DNA of 64,000 nucleotides from Escherichia phage vB_EcoM_Lh1B: sequence record OK428535.1; one strand, 5' to 3'. Shown piece by piece: positions 35,963 to 45,094 of this stretch (position 1 is its first letter; each line of letters starts with the position of its first letter). The notes under the pieces were generated by a model. It saw only the letters and a program-made list of their open reading frames with translations, ran no database searches and was not told where the DNA came from. The position numbers and the translations under genes were made by a program.

Positions 35963-38131
35963 ATGTCCTACACTCCTGATTTAGTGGCGACCNTGATTCG
36001 GTCGCTCAACCGTAAAAACGCGGTCGCCAAAGCAGTAGACCCCGCTAACGTTCGCCTGGTGTCCGTGGAGCATCGTGACGAAAAAACCCTAGACGTCACA
36101 CTGACAGGGGGTCCGGGGTATTCAAGTTACGGTCAAATTACGGCCCAAGTGACGAAGCAAAATATTGCTGATTATTTCGCTAAGGTTAAGTTGGATGCCA
36201 TTCCCACCTGTGCATCCATCCACGAGCTGTTGCCGCATTTAGACACTCTACTAGGGATTACCTTTTTAACCGACGACTTTGAAGACCTGCCTATCACTTG
36301 GACAAACAATGCTGCGCGCATCACGTTCCAGGCGAAACAGACAAGTCTTATCTGGTACGGCAGCCAAACGCTAGATGTGATAAACGGTGACGTGGATATC
36401 AACACTGTCTACACTGTTACCAATATCATTCTCACGCTAAAGGCTGCGAATAAACAGCAGTGGATTAACTTCTACTCTAATGCAGCCAAACGGATCGTGG
36501 ATCTTGATAAAGTCGATGTCAGCGCCCCGATGTCCCCGGAGGATATAGGCCAAACCTCTGCGTATAACAGCGTCGTGGCTTTGACCGCTAGACCGGGGAG
36601 CGGGATGTTTGGAACGAAGTATGTGTTCTTCTCACGTAACAAACTCGAGACATATGCAGGCAAAACCACATACGTCCCGGATGATTTCACCGGTAGCCTG
36701 CACGATGCTCTGGCCATCGAGACACTCGGCATTCGGAGCGTTTTTGATGTAAACGAAATTGCTCCTGTAGAGAACCTGGCAGGCGAGTGGCCGAGACAAG
36801 TGCAATTGGCACCCGTAGAGGGTTCGTACAAAGTCATGGGCAGCGCCACGTTGAATGTGGCACGCTATCAAGATAACGAGCAAACCCTTAACCTGAACTA
36901 CACAACTACGTCGCAAGTTTCGGACAGCTACTGGGCCACGACGTTGACCAACCATGCGGCGTGCGGGCGTTTGTTTNTTAACGTGACCGTAGANGNGGGG
37001 GNTTTNGTTTTTCGCNCCAACAACCTAAAACCGACGTTCGTTATCGACGAATTGCCGCAAATTGGCGAGGTGGTTTGGAACTTCGTTAACCGGGGAACCA
37101 TTCTTGGTCGNGGTGGTTCGGGTATGGTCTATTCTCTGCCTGCGAACACATCAGCAGACGGAGCTGACGCAATCCACATTACCGATACCTTCCGCGGCAA
37201 AGTCACCATCGAAAACTACGGCACCATCGCCGGAGGTGGGGGTGGGGGCGACTACTATGCGTTTACCACCNCCAAGNTCGGTGGAGCTGGTGGTGCGCCT
37301 CTCGGGCCAGGCGCGGCGGTACCCAGCGGCACCAATAACCGTAACGGCTTAGCTGGGTCCCGTGACAAAGGCGGTGCTACCCAGTTAGTCGTCGCACAAT
37401 TTACCGGCTACCAGAGTCGCNACTATGGCGGTCCTGGTGGCGATTGGGGCCAGCCGGGACGATATACAGCGTTCGAGCAATGGAACACCCCGGCTACCGG
37501 CTCGCCGGTCTATGTCTACGGTCGTGAAGACGGGATGTCATGGACTCGCCCTGGGATGGCAGGCGAAGCCGTCGGTGGGAATAAAAGTATCGTCAACNGG
37601 GTATCCNTCGNAACGGGGAAACCNAATTTCACCNACGAGTACCAANAGTTCCNCNNCNACCNCNCAGATTTAGATNCCAACCGATTGGCCAGTGCGGATG
37701 GGATAGATAAAGTCACCGACCCAACCAAACCTGTAGTTGTGGAGTTCTTAGGTACGATTATTTCAGGTACGCTNTTCAAAAAGCAAAACATACCCGGCGG
37801 TTTGGTGGGAACACCATACGGCGATGCTGTAGCCAACTTACCGAGCACCACATTGTTTGGTATCATGGCACACTGTGTATCGGAGTTTGATATTGTGCAC
37901 GACACTTGGCGTTACAACCGTGCGGTAATGTTCACCCTAAAACCCNCNCCTACCGGGGCGATTGGCCTCGCTGTGGAACGCAACCGGGTGAAATCGGCTA
38001 CCAGTAGTACACCGGTGGAGAGGTTCTATGTCGATCGCTTCGTGTATTACGATGCGTATCTCGGTAAAATGATGGAATGTAATCCGTATACCAAATCTGC
38101 CCCTAAACCGTGGGTGCGGCCAACGATATGA
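35963..38131 (+). CDS. Paralog family D member 2; glycine-rich putative adhesin (722 aa)
   Basis: A-type N-module, then Gly islands (AGGGGGGDYYAF, GGAGGAPLGPGAAVPSG, YGGPGGDWGQPG) with flanking aromatics, and C-terminal NPYTKSAPKPWVRPTI. The Gly islands are reminiscent of polyglycine receptor-binding tips; Ns fall inside them. Confidence 0.65.
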   Translation: MSYTPDLVATXIRSLNRKNAVAKAVDPANVRLVSVEHRDEKTLDVTLTGGPGYSSYGQITAQVTKQNIADYFAKVKLDAIPTCASIHELLPHLDTLLGITFLTDDFEDLPITWTNNAARITFQAKQTSLIWYGSQTLDVINGDVDINTVYTVTNIILTLKAANKQQWINFYSNAAKRIVDLDKVDVSAPMSPEDIGQTSAYNSVVALTARPGSGMFGTKYVFFSRNKLETYAGKTTYVPDDFTGSLHDALAIETLGIRSVFDVNEIAPVENLAGEWPRQVQLAPVEGSYKVMGSATLNVARYQDNEQTLNLNYTTTSQVSDSYWATTLTNHAACGRLFXNVTVXXGXXVFRXNNLKPTFVIDELPQIGEVVWNFVNRGTILGXGGSGMVYSLPANTSADGADAIHITDTFRGKVTIENYGTIAGGGGGGDYYAFTTXKXGGAGGAPLGPGAAVPSGTNNRNGLAGSRDKGGATQLVVAQFTGYQSRXYGGPGGDWGQPGRYTAFEQWNTPATGSPVYVYGREDGMSWTRPGMAGEAVGGNKSIVNXVSXXTGKXNFTXEYQXFXXXXXDLDXNRLASADGIDKVTDPTKPVVVEFLGTIISGTXFKKQNIPGGLVGTPYGDAVANLPSTTLFGIMAHCVSEFDIVHDTWRYNRAVMFTLKPXPTGAIGLAVERNRVKSATSSTPVERFYVDRFVYYDAYLGKMMECNPYTKSAPKPWVRPTI

Positions 38132-38218
38132 TTATCGTAATTTAACGNGGAACTTGNCGGGTTTAAANCCNGAANANAACCCNNNCCCNNTTCCCCNCGG
38201 GGAAGNGGNTTTNTTTTT

Positions 38219-38836
38219 ATGACCCTATCAACTCAGGAGGTTATCGTGGTCGATCGTTGGAGTAAAGAGGGCATTATTCGTGCCAAAGTAAACATCGAAG
38301 CCGGTTACGTTAATAACCCGAAAGATTTGGGCAAAGCAACGAACCGCGGTGTCACCGAACTCACTGCGCGAGAATATGGCTATAAAGGGGATATGCGTGA
38401 CCTGAGCTTAGAAATCGCGTTAGACATTTACAACAAGCTCTGGTGGCAGCGGATGCGTTTAGACCAGATTATGAAAATGAATGTCCTGCTAGCTGACCGA
38501 ATGTTTGATTTCGGCATCAACGCAGGACGCGGTAACTGTATCAAGTCCCTGCAACGTATTCTGAACGTATTAAACCGCCAGGGTAAACTATACGATGATA
38601 TCGATGCCGATGGTGGTATCGGGCCACGTACGTTAACAGCGTTAGAAGGCTTCATCAAAGCCCGTGGGGAAGAGGGCCTGAATCGACTGATGTTCGCTTT
38701 AACCTGTCATCAGGTTGCGTATTACACGGAAATCAGTGAAGGGCGTGAGGATAACGAAGAGTTTACTTACGGCTGGTATGGCCGCGTCTATCAGGAAATG
38801 CCAGACTACGTGGCTAAGTTGGGGATGTGCAAATGA
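38219..38836 (+). CDS. Endolysin, GH108-type muramidase with a PG-binding-like C-terminal region
   Basis: NIEAGYVNNPKDLGKATNRGVT (cf. GH108 EGGYVNDPxDPGGxTxxGIT), LADRMFDFGINAGRG and a later DADGGIGPRTLTAL motif. An in-frame GTG at 38246 after GGAGG may be the true start. Confidence 0.7.
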   Translation: MTLSTQEVIVVDRWSKEGIIRAKVNIEAGYVNNPKDLGKATNRGVTELTAREYGYKGDMRDLSLEIALDIYNKLWWQRMRLDQIMKMNVLLADRMFDFGINAGRGNCIKSLQRILNVLNRQGKLYDDIDADGGIGPRTLTALEGFIKARGEEGLNRLMFALTCHQVAYYTEISEGREDNEEFTYGWYGRVYQEMPDYVAKLGMCK

Positions 38837-38934
38837 AACAGAATTGGTTTGCTGCCTTAATGAAAGCTATCTGGCGCGCCCTTGTTTTTGCCNNAAGGAG
38901 AAAACGAAATGACCCACCGTCCAACTCCGCCTAA
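38833..38934 (+). CDS. Candidate small peptide (about 33 aa)
   Basis: ATGA overlap with the endolysin stop; hand translation MKQNWFAALMKAIWRALVFA.RRKRN... with an N inside. Confidence 0.25.
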   Translation: MKQNWFAALMKAIWRALVFAXRRKRNDPPSNSA

Positions 38935-39052
38935 GTTCCCCGAAGTACAAACCGTTCCGGAAACGTATTACGATTCTGGGTTCTTCAAACTATTACGCGC
39001 GATCTTCTGTCGGAGGGTAAAGCCATGCAATACGACAACGACGACTGGCCGA
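38909..39052 (+). CDS. Candidate small protein (47 aa)
   Basis: AAGGAG 8 nt upstream of the ATG; hand translation MTHRPTPPKFPEVQTVPETYYDSGFFKLLRAIFCRR... Confidence 0.3.
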
Positions 39053-39117
39053 AAGGCTTAATGCCCATTTTACTGGGATTAATGGTCCTCACGATGCTCG
39101 TGCGTTATATGACGTGA
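39025..39117 (+). CDS. Candidate small single-TM membrane peptide (30 aa), possible lysis accessory
   Basis: GGAGGG 8 nt upstream; hand translation MQYDNDDWPKGLMPILLGLMVLTMLVRYMT with one hydrophobic helix. Confidence 0.35.
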   Translation: MQYDNDDWPKGLMPILLGLMVLTMLVRYMT

Positions 39118-39124
39118 GGTCAGT

Positions 39125-39766
39125 ATGGAAGCACTTAAGTATAAGTTGTTAGAGAAGCCGTGGTTTATCCTCACGGATGATTTCCATTTCGAGTTTACGT
39201 TGCGCAGCCTCTATCGTGAGCACACCGGAATGGATGCGATGGTAGCATTAACAGGTGTACACCCGGATACTCCGTTATGGGTAACGGTACCGAAAGGATT
39301 TGTAACGGACCTGGCAAGCATTCCAGAAGCGNTNCNNCCTATCCTNCNNCCGGANGGGCCTTGGGCCGCNGCCNCTTGTGTGCATGATTTGTTTTACCAG
39401 AAACGTTCATCGGGGGTCTTGTACCCTGACACTGTCGAAGGTAATCTATCTCGTGCATGTGACAAAACATTCGCTGACCTGATGTTCTTACGTATCATGG
39501 AGGCATTAGGCGTTGACACCTTTATTCGTAAGTCCTTCTACCATGCCGTTCACGAGTTTGGTTGGCCGTCCTATGTAGACGATAACTCTAAGGTGGTTTA
39601 TAGCCGGCCGGTAGAAAAGACGTTGTCCTATAATCGCAACTACCTGTTCTTTAGAACGTCGCGTACGTTAGCGATTCCTGAACACGAACGTGTTGACATT
39701 ACTAATGGGCAACCGGTAAACGTGCAGTATTTGAATATCAAACGTGCGTTCCTGACTACCCCTTAA
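39125..39766 (+). CDS. Hypothetical protein, DUF1353-like
   Basis: VPKGFVTDLASIPEA...GPWA.A.CVHDLFYQ resembles the G-x-TDGASIP...HD..Y signature of DUF1353 proteins; Ns cut into the motif. Confidence 0.5.
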   Translation: MEALKYKLLEKPWFILTDDFHFEFTLRSLYREHTGMDAMVALTGVHPDTPLWVTVPKGFVTDLASIPEAXXPIXXPXGPWAXAXCVHDLFYQKRSSGVLYPDTVEGNLSRACDKTFADLMFLRIMEALGVDTFIRKSFYHAVHEFGWPSYVDDNSKVVYSRPVEKTLSYNRNYLFFRTSRTLAIPEHERVDITNGQPVNVQYLNIKRAFLTTP

Positions 39767-39775
39767 GGAGAGAAA

Positions 39776-40291
39776 ATGTTTCATCCGAATCCTGCCAACT
39801 TCGCGTTAAAAGAGTTGATGCCGCAGGAGTACATCGCGAAATATGGTGAAGGTGCTATTCGTTTCCTTAATCCGTTACTGCTAATCTCGCTCCAACAGAT
39901 TCGTAATCGTTTTGGGCGGATGGTGATTTTAACCAGTTCCCAGCAACAGCGTAGTCTGCGTACCCTGCAGTTCTTTATTAATCAAGAGAAACCAAAGGGT
40001 GGAGATTGGCAAACTCGTGCAAACAAACTGTACGCCGAATCAGGCAGTATGCATAAATTCGGTAATGCGTTTGATGCAACAATGCTTGATACACCGTTGC
40101 AGAAAGTACACGACTATATTGCCGCGAACCCTAACGAGTTTCCGTTTATTCACTTTATCGAGTGCGATATTACCTGGCTGCATGTTGACGTACGCAACCA
40201 GCCTGATATCACCTTCTGGTCACCGACACGTGGTACCGTTAAAGTGGTTAAGCAACAACCCATCGATTGGAGCAAGCTAGTTAAAATCTAA
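39776..40291 (+). CDS. Peptidase M15-like (zinc D,D- or L,D-peptidase); candidate second lysin
   Basis: SGSMHKFGNAFDAT matches the H-x-x-G-x-A-x-D zinc-site block of M15 peptidases, with a downstream His (WLHVD). Confidence 0.5.
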   Translation: MFHPNPANFALKELMPQEYIAKYGEGAIRFLNPLLLISLQQIRNRFGRMVILTSSQQQRSLRTLQFFINQEKPKGGDWQTRANKLYAESGSMHKFGNAFDATMLDTPLQKVHDYIAANPNEFPFIHFIECDITWLHVDVRNQPDITFWSPTRGTVKVVKQQPIDWSKLVKI

Positions 40292-40383
40292 GCCACTTTA
40301 ATCAAAAGTAATATCATTTATCATTTGATACGTTTAATGCGCTTAGAGAGCGTTACAGAGCGTTTTAGAGGGTAAATAAAGCC

Positions 40384-40413
40384 CTTACCCACTCCCCTTA
40401 CGGGAGTGGGTAA
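40384..40413. terminator. Bidirectional hairpin terminator between convergent genes
   Basis: cttacccactccc-ctta-cgggagtgggtaag perfect stem with T-rich flanks on both strands. Confidence 0.7.
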
Positions 40414-40416
40414 GCA

Positions 40417-40908
40417 TTATTTATTTTCTTCTAACGGAACAATCGTAATCGGAGTAGGAACTTCACCGATAAACCCGCTGCTGCAGCGAAAGAATGTCAT
40501 CCCTTTACCTTCGCCGGTATACGGGTTCACATCCGAAAAAGAATAAGTGGGGCTATCGTTTACGGTTTTATTAATACGGTAATAACGCTCACCTGTGGTG
40601 GTGTTAACATTCCCGTCGATTTTGCCGATCACGTCTTTAAACATCATCGGTGACTCTAGTTTGCCACCGTCCCACGCTGCTACCCAGTTTGCACCCACAT
40701 CCATTACTGTTACTGACCGCGGCATCATTTGTAGGTTGTCCAGTACCGGACGGTAGTCTACAAACTTCTCCTGCGTCCCTGTGCATGTATAAATCACCAA
40801 GTCGTGATTCTTTACTGGTGTGGCGCTAAATTGTCCTATGTTGCTTGGCGACTGAACACAACCGGCCAACAGGTTTATAATCGCGAATACGATAAATAGA
40901 CGTTTCAT
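40417..40908 (-). CDS. Lipoprotein; candidate superinfection-exclusion or receptor-blocking factor
   Basis: N-terminus MKRLFIVFAIINLLAGCVQS has a signal peptide plus LAGC lipobox. Isolated gene on the opposite strand with its own 5' region (40909-41032). Confidence 0.7.
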   Translation of the reverse strand: MKRLFIVFAIINLLAGCVQSPSNIGQFSATPVKNHDLVIYTCTGTQEKFVDYRPVLDNLQMMPRSVTVMDVGANWVAAWDGGKLESPMMFKDVIGKIDGNVNTTTGERYYRINKTVNDSPTYSFSDVNPYTGEGKGMTFFRCSSGFIGEVPTPITIVPLEENK

Positions 40909-41032
40909 AGAGTATCCTTTCAGTGGTAAAAACTTTCTCGTTTAACAGCCAACTTTACTGTCATATTAAGCCCACTATGTTGTTTTTAGAACGATTTAGT
41001 ATGCACCACAAACCTACTATAAGGAAACAACC

Positions 41033-41581
41033 ATGGCAGTCATCTCTGCAAAAGACCAACTCGTCGCGCTGTTTAATGCTGCAAACAGCGGACTGTCTAG
41101 TCCGTTAACTACTGCTGACGTTACATTCGGCGCTGTTGCTGACTATTCACCAGCAGATTCTGGAGACACTCGCAACTCCAAACTCACCATCACTGCCACC
41201 GCGGAATCCGCTAACTTTACGGGCGAGAAAGAGCTGCACTATACCCGCCTCGATTCATTGAACATCATCGGTGCGAAAGCAGTTACCGCTGACCAGGCAG
41301 AATGGGATACCGATGAAGAAGTGCTTGCTTTTGTCAACGCAGATCTAATTGCCGCCGGTAAAACGGAAGATGCGTTTGCATTGTCTGAACTCACCATTTC
41401 ACGCGAGGACGGCGACAGTGGTGAGAAAATCATCACTGTTATGGTGAAAGAAGGCCACATTAAATACCAGCCTGCCAGCCTTGCAGTTTATACTGTAACG
41501 CAGCCAATCGTTAAAACTGACCTGAGCACCACCAACGGTGAACTAGACGGATTCGTTTCACAAAACAACGTTAGTATGTAA
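41033..41581 (+). CDS. Short B-type paralog (A-type N-module plus NGELDGF C-terminal motif)
   Basis: LVALFNAANSG...DTRNSKLTITA...LHYTRLDSLNIIG and C-terminal LSTTNGELDGFVSQNNVSM. Confidence 0.7.
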   Translation: MAVISAKDQLVALFNAANSGLSSPLTTADVTFGAVADYSPADSGDTRNSKLTITATAESANFTGEKELHYTRLDSLNIIGAKAVTADQAEWDTDEEVLAFVNADLIAAGKTEDAFALSELTISREDGDSGEKIITVMVKEGHIKYQPASLAVYTVTQPIVKTDLSTTNGELDGFVSQNNVSM

Positions 41582-41619
41582 CTAAGAAATTAGTAGTTTC
41601 TAAGAAATAAATAAAAGGT

Positions 41620-41656
41620 ACCTACCTCCCTTCGGGGAGGTAGGGCCTTTATTTTC
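41620..41656. terminator. Bidirectional hairpin terminator
   Basis: cctacctccc-ttcg-gggaggtagg stem with T-rich tails on both strands, between the 41581 plus-strand stop and the 41662 minus-strand stop. Confidence 0.7.
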
Positions 41657-41661
41657 TTTGC

Positions 41662-42333
41662 TTACATGCCGAGTGACTCGGACAATGTTTTTAATCCGGT
41701 GTAATCGCGCTTTTCAGCTAACTCACGGATTTGGCGTTTGTTATCTGCCATTGCTGAGTGCAACACTTGGTCACGTGCAACAATAGCGGCCAGCAACGCT
41801 TTACATTGGGCTACTGTAAACGGACTGTGCTTAGTATTCAGCGTATCGAGCCAGTATTCTGGTGCGGTATCTGCCTGAATGTATTGACCGAGGATGGTAC
41901 GCGACGATTCATCGGCTTGAAAGTGACTACCTTCAAACTCGATATAACCATGGCGCTCATCTTCGTAGCGGTGGTCGAGTTCCAACAGCATCTTCTGCAC
42001 GTCTTCGTAAATGTAACGTGCGGTAGATTTCAGATTCCCGCGAATTTCGTCGAGGTCAATCTCCAGCACATTAGCAATAAACTCTTTCGTGCGTTTCAAT
42101 GTGAAGTTAGCTTCAATCTCCGACATCTCATACAGCTTCATGCGTGCCAGGGCTTCTTTATCAGACATCCCTTCGATGAGATGGTAATGGAGTAATGCAC
42201 AAAATCCGGTACGACCCTGATCCTGCGCACCGATTCGTTCCATGAAATTACCGTGACGATCAATCGGCAAATCACGCTGGAAATAACNGGCGCGGATCTC
42301 TTCGTTCGTTAAGCTTTTGTCAGTAACAGACAT
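41662..42333 (-). CDS. Hypothetical protein, last gene of the minus-strand fibre/rSAM operon
   Basis: 223-aa ORF with GGAGG Shine-Dalgarno; no motif assigned. Confidence 0.65.
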   Translation of the reverse strand: MSVTDKSLTNEEIRAXYFQRDLPIDRHGNFMERIGAQDQGRTGFCALLHYHLIEGMSDKEALARMKLYEMSEIEANFTLKRTKEFIANVLEIDLDEIRGNLKSTARYIYEDVQKMLLELDHRYEDERHGYIEFEGSHFQADESSRTILGQYIQADTAPEYWLDTLNTKHSPFTVAQCKALLAAIVARDQVLHSAMADNKRQIRELAEKRDYTGLKTLSESLGM

Positions 42334-42875
42334 TCGTCCTCCTCAATCAGGCCAAGTTCTAACAACAAACCGAAGTCCAGCATCTGGAAGTCCTGATCGA
42401 GGTTACCGGCCCACAACAGAGAAATGTTGTGTTGCTCTTCTTCTTCCAACTGCGGGAGCAGGTGTTCTTCGAAGATTTGACGTTCTGTGTAATAAGCGTC
42501 AACCGGGTTATTGGAGCGTAAGTTACGAATACGCATCCGCGGGAATGACAAGCCCAATGCCACTAAACTTTCAGGACTGGCTTCATCAATAGAGTGACGT
42601 AGCAGTTCGATTTTGTGGCGTGGGTATGCAAGCAGTCGCTTCTCAAAGCCAGGGTTGCGCTTTTCGATTTCCGCGACAGACTCGTGTCCTTTCTCAACGC
42701 AGTAGACCGGGATCATCACATTCAGCCCGTATTTAATCAACAGGCTTTGGATTTCATCAGTGAAGTCTTCCCCTGCCACAATTGCGTGCACATTGTACAG
42801 CTTGCTTTTGCGCAGGAAGCGATCGACCAAGTGCAGTTTACGCTTCGTAAAATTGTGAATCAGTATTGACTTCAT
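42309..42875 (-). CDS. Hypothetical protein adjacent to the radical SAM genes
   Basis: ATG at 42875 (MKSILIHNF) follows GGAG; the track's longer start at 42953 lacks an RBS. Overlaps the rSAM stop by about 38 nt. Confidence 0.55.
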   Translation of the reverse strand: MKSILIHNFTKRKLHLVDRFLRKSKLYNVHAIVAGEDFTDEIQSLLIKYGLNVMIPVYCVEKGHESVAEIEKRNPGFEKRLLAYPRHKIELLRHSIDEASPESLVALGLSFPRMRIRNLRSNNPVDAYYTERQIFEEHLLPQLEEEEQHNISLLWAGNLDQDFQMLDFGLLLELGLIEEDECLLLTKA

Positions 42876-44166
42876 TCTGGGCTCCGTTTTGTAATTTTTC
42901 TGCTTCGGCACGTTGGCGTACACAACGTGAACAATAGCACATGGATTTATCATGCAAATCTGATGCGCGAGTCGTACCAGTTTTCTGATACCAATATTCC
43001 GCCGCCATCAGCTTCGCAGTAGTCCAACCACACTGACGACGCTCGGCGTGATACGCTTTACGGTCTTCCAGTGTACCTTCACCGTTTTCGTACGATGCTG
43101 CTGCGCAGCTACCGCAGCTGTGTTTCATCGGACACCCTAAACAAGTTTCTGGGTAGTTGGTGTACTGCGTTTGAATCTCTTCTAACAGCTTACCGCCGTC
43201 CAGGCTCACAAACTCACGACCGACCAGTTCCGCTACAGCAGAGCGGGAAGTTACCGTGGACATGAAACGGTTACAACCGTAAATCTTGCGATCAAAGCCG
43301 AGACAGGTCATGTGCGTCAACGTACCGCAGTACGGTTTCAGGCGTTCTGGGTCGAGACGAACAGAGTCGTCATGTAAGAGTTTGTCACGCCAATCCGGGT
43401 CCCAAGTTGCCATAAAGTTCAGGCCATCCGGGATGATGTGCGTAATCGTGTTACGCGGGTTGGTGTGCAGACCCTTCTCAATCCAGTAGTCCATCACGTC
43501 CATCATCTGGTTCGCGATATCCAACGCCATATGGCGCGGCAGGATATCTTCGTACGTCACGTTACCAGAAATGGTACCACCGCCGGACATGTCAATTAAC
43601 GATTTCATGCTGGCGGCATAGTGCGGCAATGTATCGATCGTAAACGTCGCCTTTACGCCCAGTTCAGCGATGCCAACACTCTTCAGATAATTGTAACCGC
43701 GTACCGCAGCTTCGTACGACCCTTCACGCGTCGTGGTAAAGATACGATATTTGTCATGGACTTCAGGTAAACCATCGATGGAGACCCCAATAGACAGTTT
43801 GTCTTTCCAGCGCTCGATAATTTCTTTGTTCAGCGGACGGTCCAGAAGCGTACCGTTCGTGGAGATACTGAACATATACGGGCGATTGTGTTCTGCGCAT
43901 AACTTCTCTGCGGTTTCAAAGGCCGCCAAAAGAAGTTTAGGCTGCATGAACGGCTCACCACCGATGATATCGATGATGACTTCAACGTTCGGGATATCTT
44001 TATCACGCTCGAAACAAGCGTGGATAAAATCAATCACGTCTGCTACTTTGTTGTTACGCGGATATTTACGCTCGTAGCAGTATTCGCAGTCCAGGTTACA
44101 TGACAAGTTAGTCACAACCTGATACGTGCGTGGTGTGTACTGGATTTGCTGTTCGTTATTACTCAT
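42838..44166 (-). CDS. Radical SAM enzyme with SPASM-like C-terminal Cys cluster; candidate peptide maturase
   Basis: CNLDCEYC (CX3CX2C), GGEPF, STNGTLL and SIDG core motifs; C-terminal YCGTLTHMTC...YGC...CLGCPMKHSCGSC Cys cluster. Confidence 0.85.
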   Translation of the reverse strand: MSNNEQQIQYTPRTYQVVTNLSCNLDCEYCYERKYPRNNKVADVIDFIHACFERDKDIPNVEVIIDIIGGEPFMQPKLLLAAFETAEKLCAEHNRPYMFSISTNGTLLDRPLNKEIIERWKDKLSIGVSIDGLPEVHDKYRIFTTTREGSYEAAVRGYNYLKSVGIAELGVKATFTIDTLPHYAASMKSLIDMSGGGTISGNVTYEDILPRHMALDIANQMMDVMDYWIEKGLHTNPRNTITHIIPDGLNFMATWDPDWRDKLLHDDSVRLDPERLKPYCGTLTHMTCLGFDRKIYGCNRFMSTVTSRSAVAELVGREFVSLDGGKLLEEIQTQYTNYPETCLGCPMKHSCGSCAAASYENGEGTLEDRKAYHAERRQCGWTTAKLMAAEYWYQKTGTTRASDLHDKSMCYCSRCVRQRAEAEKLQNGAQNEVNTDSQFYEA

Positions 44167-45073
44167 TGTTCGCCGCCCGTTTACGCTTAGCAGAAATTAC
44201 ACGGTTGATGTAGTTATACGCATCAACGCCGATAGAACGCGCCAGGCGATTACAGCCGACTTCCAATATCTCTGGGGCGTTCTGAATTTGCTCCTGCGTA
44301 CCGTCGGCGTTAAGCCACAGCACTTCACTGCACGTGTTGCACTCGGTATCGAACATTTTACTGATCGCAAGCCCACATTCAGAATCGTTCTGCATGTTAA
44401 GGCGTTCGATATTGTCGAGTATTTTCCAATACCCGTACATGAAGTTCATGACGTGGTCTGGCGATAACGGTTTCGGCATCATCGCATCAAACAACAACGA
44501 CACACCACCTGGACGGTAATGATAGATTGCTCGGTGCAGCTCGATGAAATCTTCGTACCAGCGTTTATCGCCTAACTGGTCACGCGTCATCACACCCCAG
44601 GTGTAATAATTGTCCAGCTCGTACAGCACTTCCAGCGCTTCGTGATTACCACCGTTTACAAAGTTCATAAACGGACGTTCCGACTTCTTGTAGCCGTCAA
44701 TGGACACAAAGATAAGGTCGAACTGTTTCAGCAACGGCAGATGTGATTTACGCATCTTTAAACCGTTGGTGTACATGTGATGACGGAGGTTCGGATGAGA
44801 CTCCTTCAACTCGTTCACGAAGTCTTCAATCTTACGCTGCGCTAACAGCGGCTCACCGCCCGTCCAATGAATCTCACCGATATCCGGATTCTTCTCTAAA
44901 ATCGAGAGAATCTCTTCACGTTGAAACTCACGAGAAGTATCTTCTCTATCCATGTAATAAGCCCCTCCACAGAAGCTACAGTCTAAGTTACACTTAGAAG
45001 TTGCGACAACCGACAGAATTGACGGTTTGTCGTACAGTTCAGACGAGATCCTGGATTCTACTTGATCTGTCAT
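44159..45073 (-). CDS. Radical SAM enzyme (second paralog); candidate peptide maturase
   Basis: CNLDCSFC, GGEPLL, YTNG, SIDG; partial C-terminal Cys cluster (CGLAISKMFDTECNTC...GC). Its stop overlaps the start of the downstream rSAM gene. Confidence 0.8.
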   Translation of the reverse strand: MTDQVESRISSELYDKPSILSVVATSKCNLDCSFCGGAYYMDREDTSREFQREEILSILEKNPDIGEIHWTGGEPLLAQRKIEDFVNELKESHPNLRHHMYTNGLKMRKSHLPLLKQFDLIFVSIDGYKKSERPFMNFVNGGNHEALEVLYELDNYYTWGVMTRDQLGDKRWYEDFIELHRAIYHYRPGGVSLLFDAMMPKPLSPDHVMNFMYGYWKILDNIERLNMQNDSECGLAISKMFDTECNTCSEVLWLNADGTQEQIQNAPEILEVGCNRLARSIGVDAYNYINRVISAKRKRAANNE

Positions 45074-45094
45074 TGCAGGTTGCTCCAGTATTTT

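Noticed and set aside
40292-40383. Short direct repeat AGAGCGTT(ACAG)AGCGTT in the intergenic region after the M15 peptidase gene
   Set aside because: It is only two short copies beside a strong terminator; too little to call a regulatory element.
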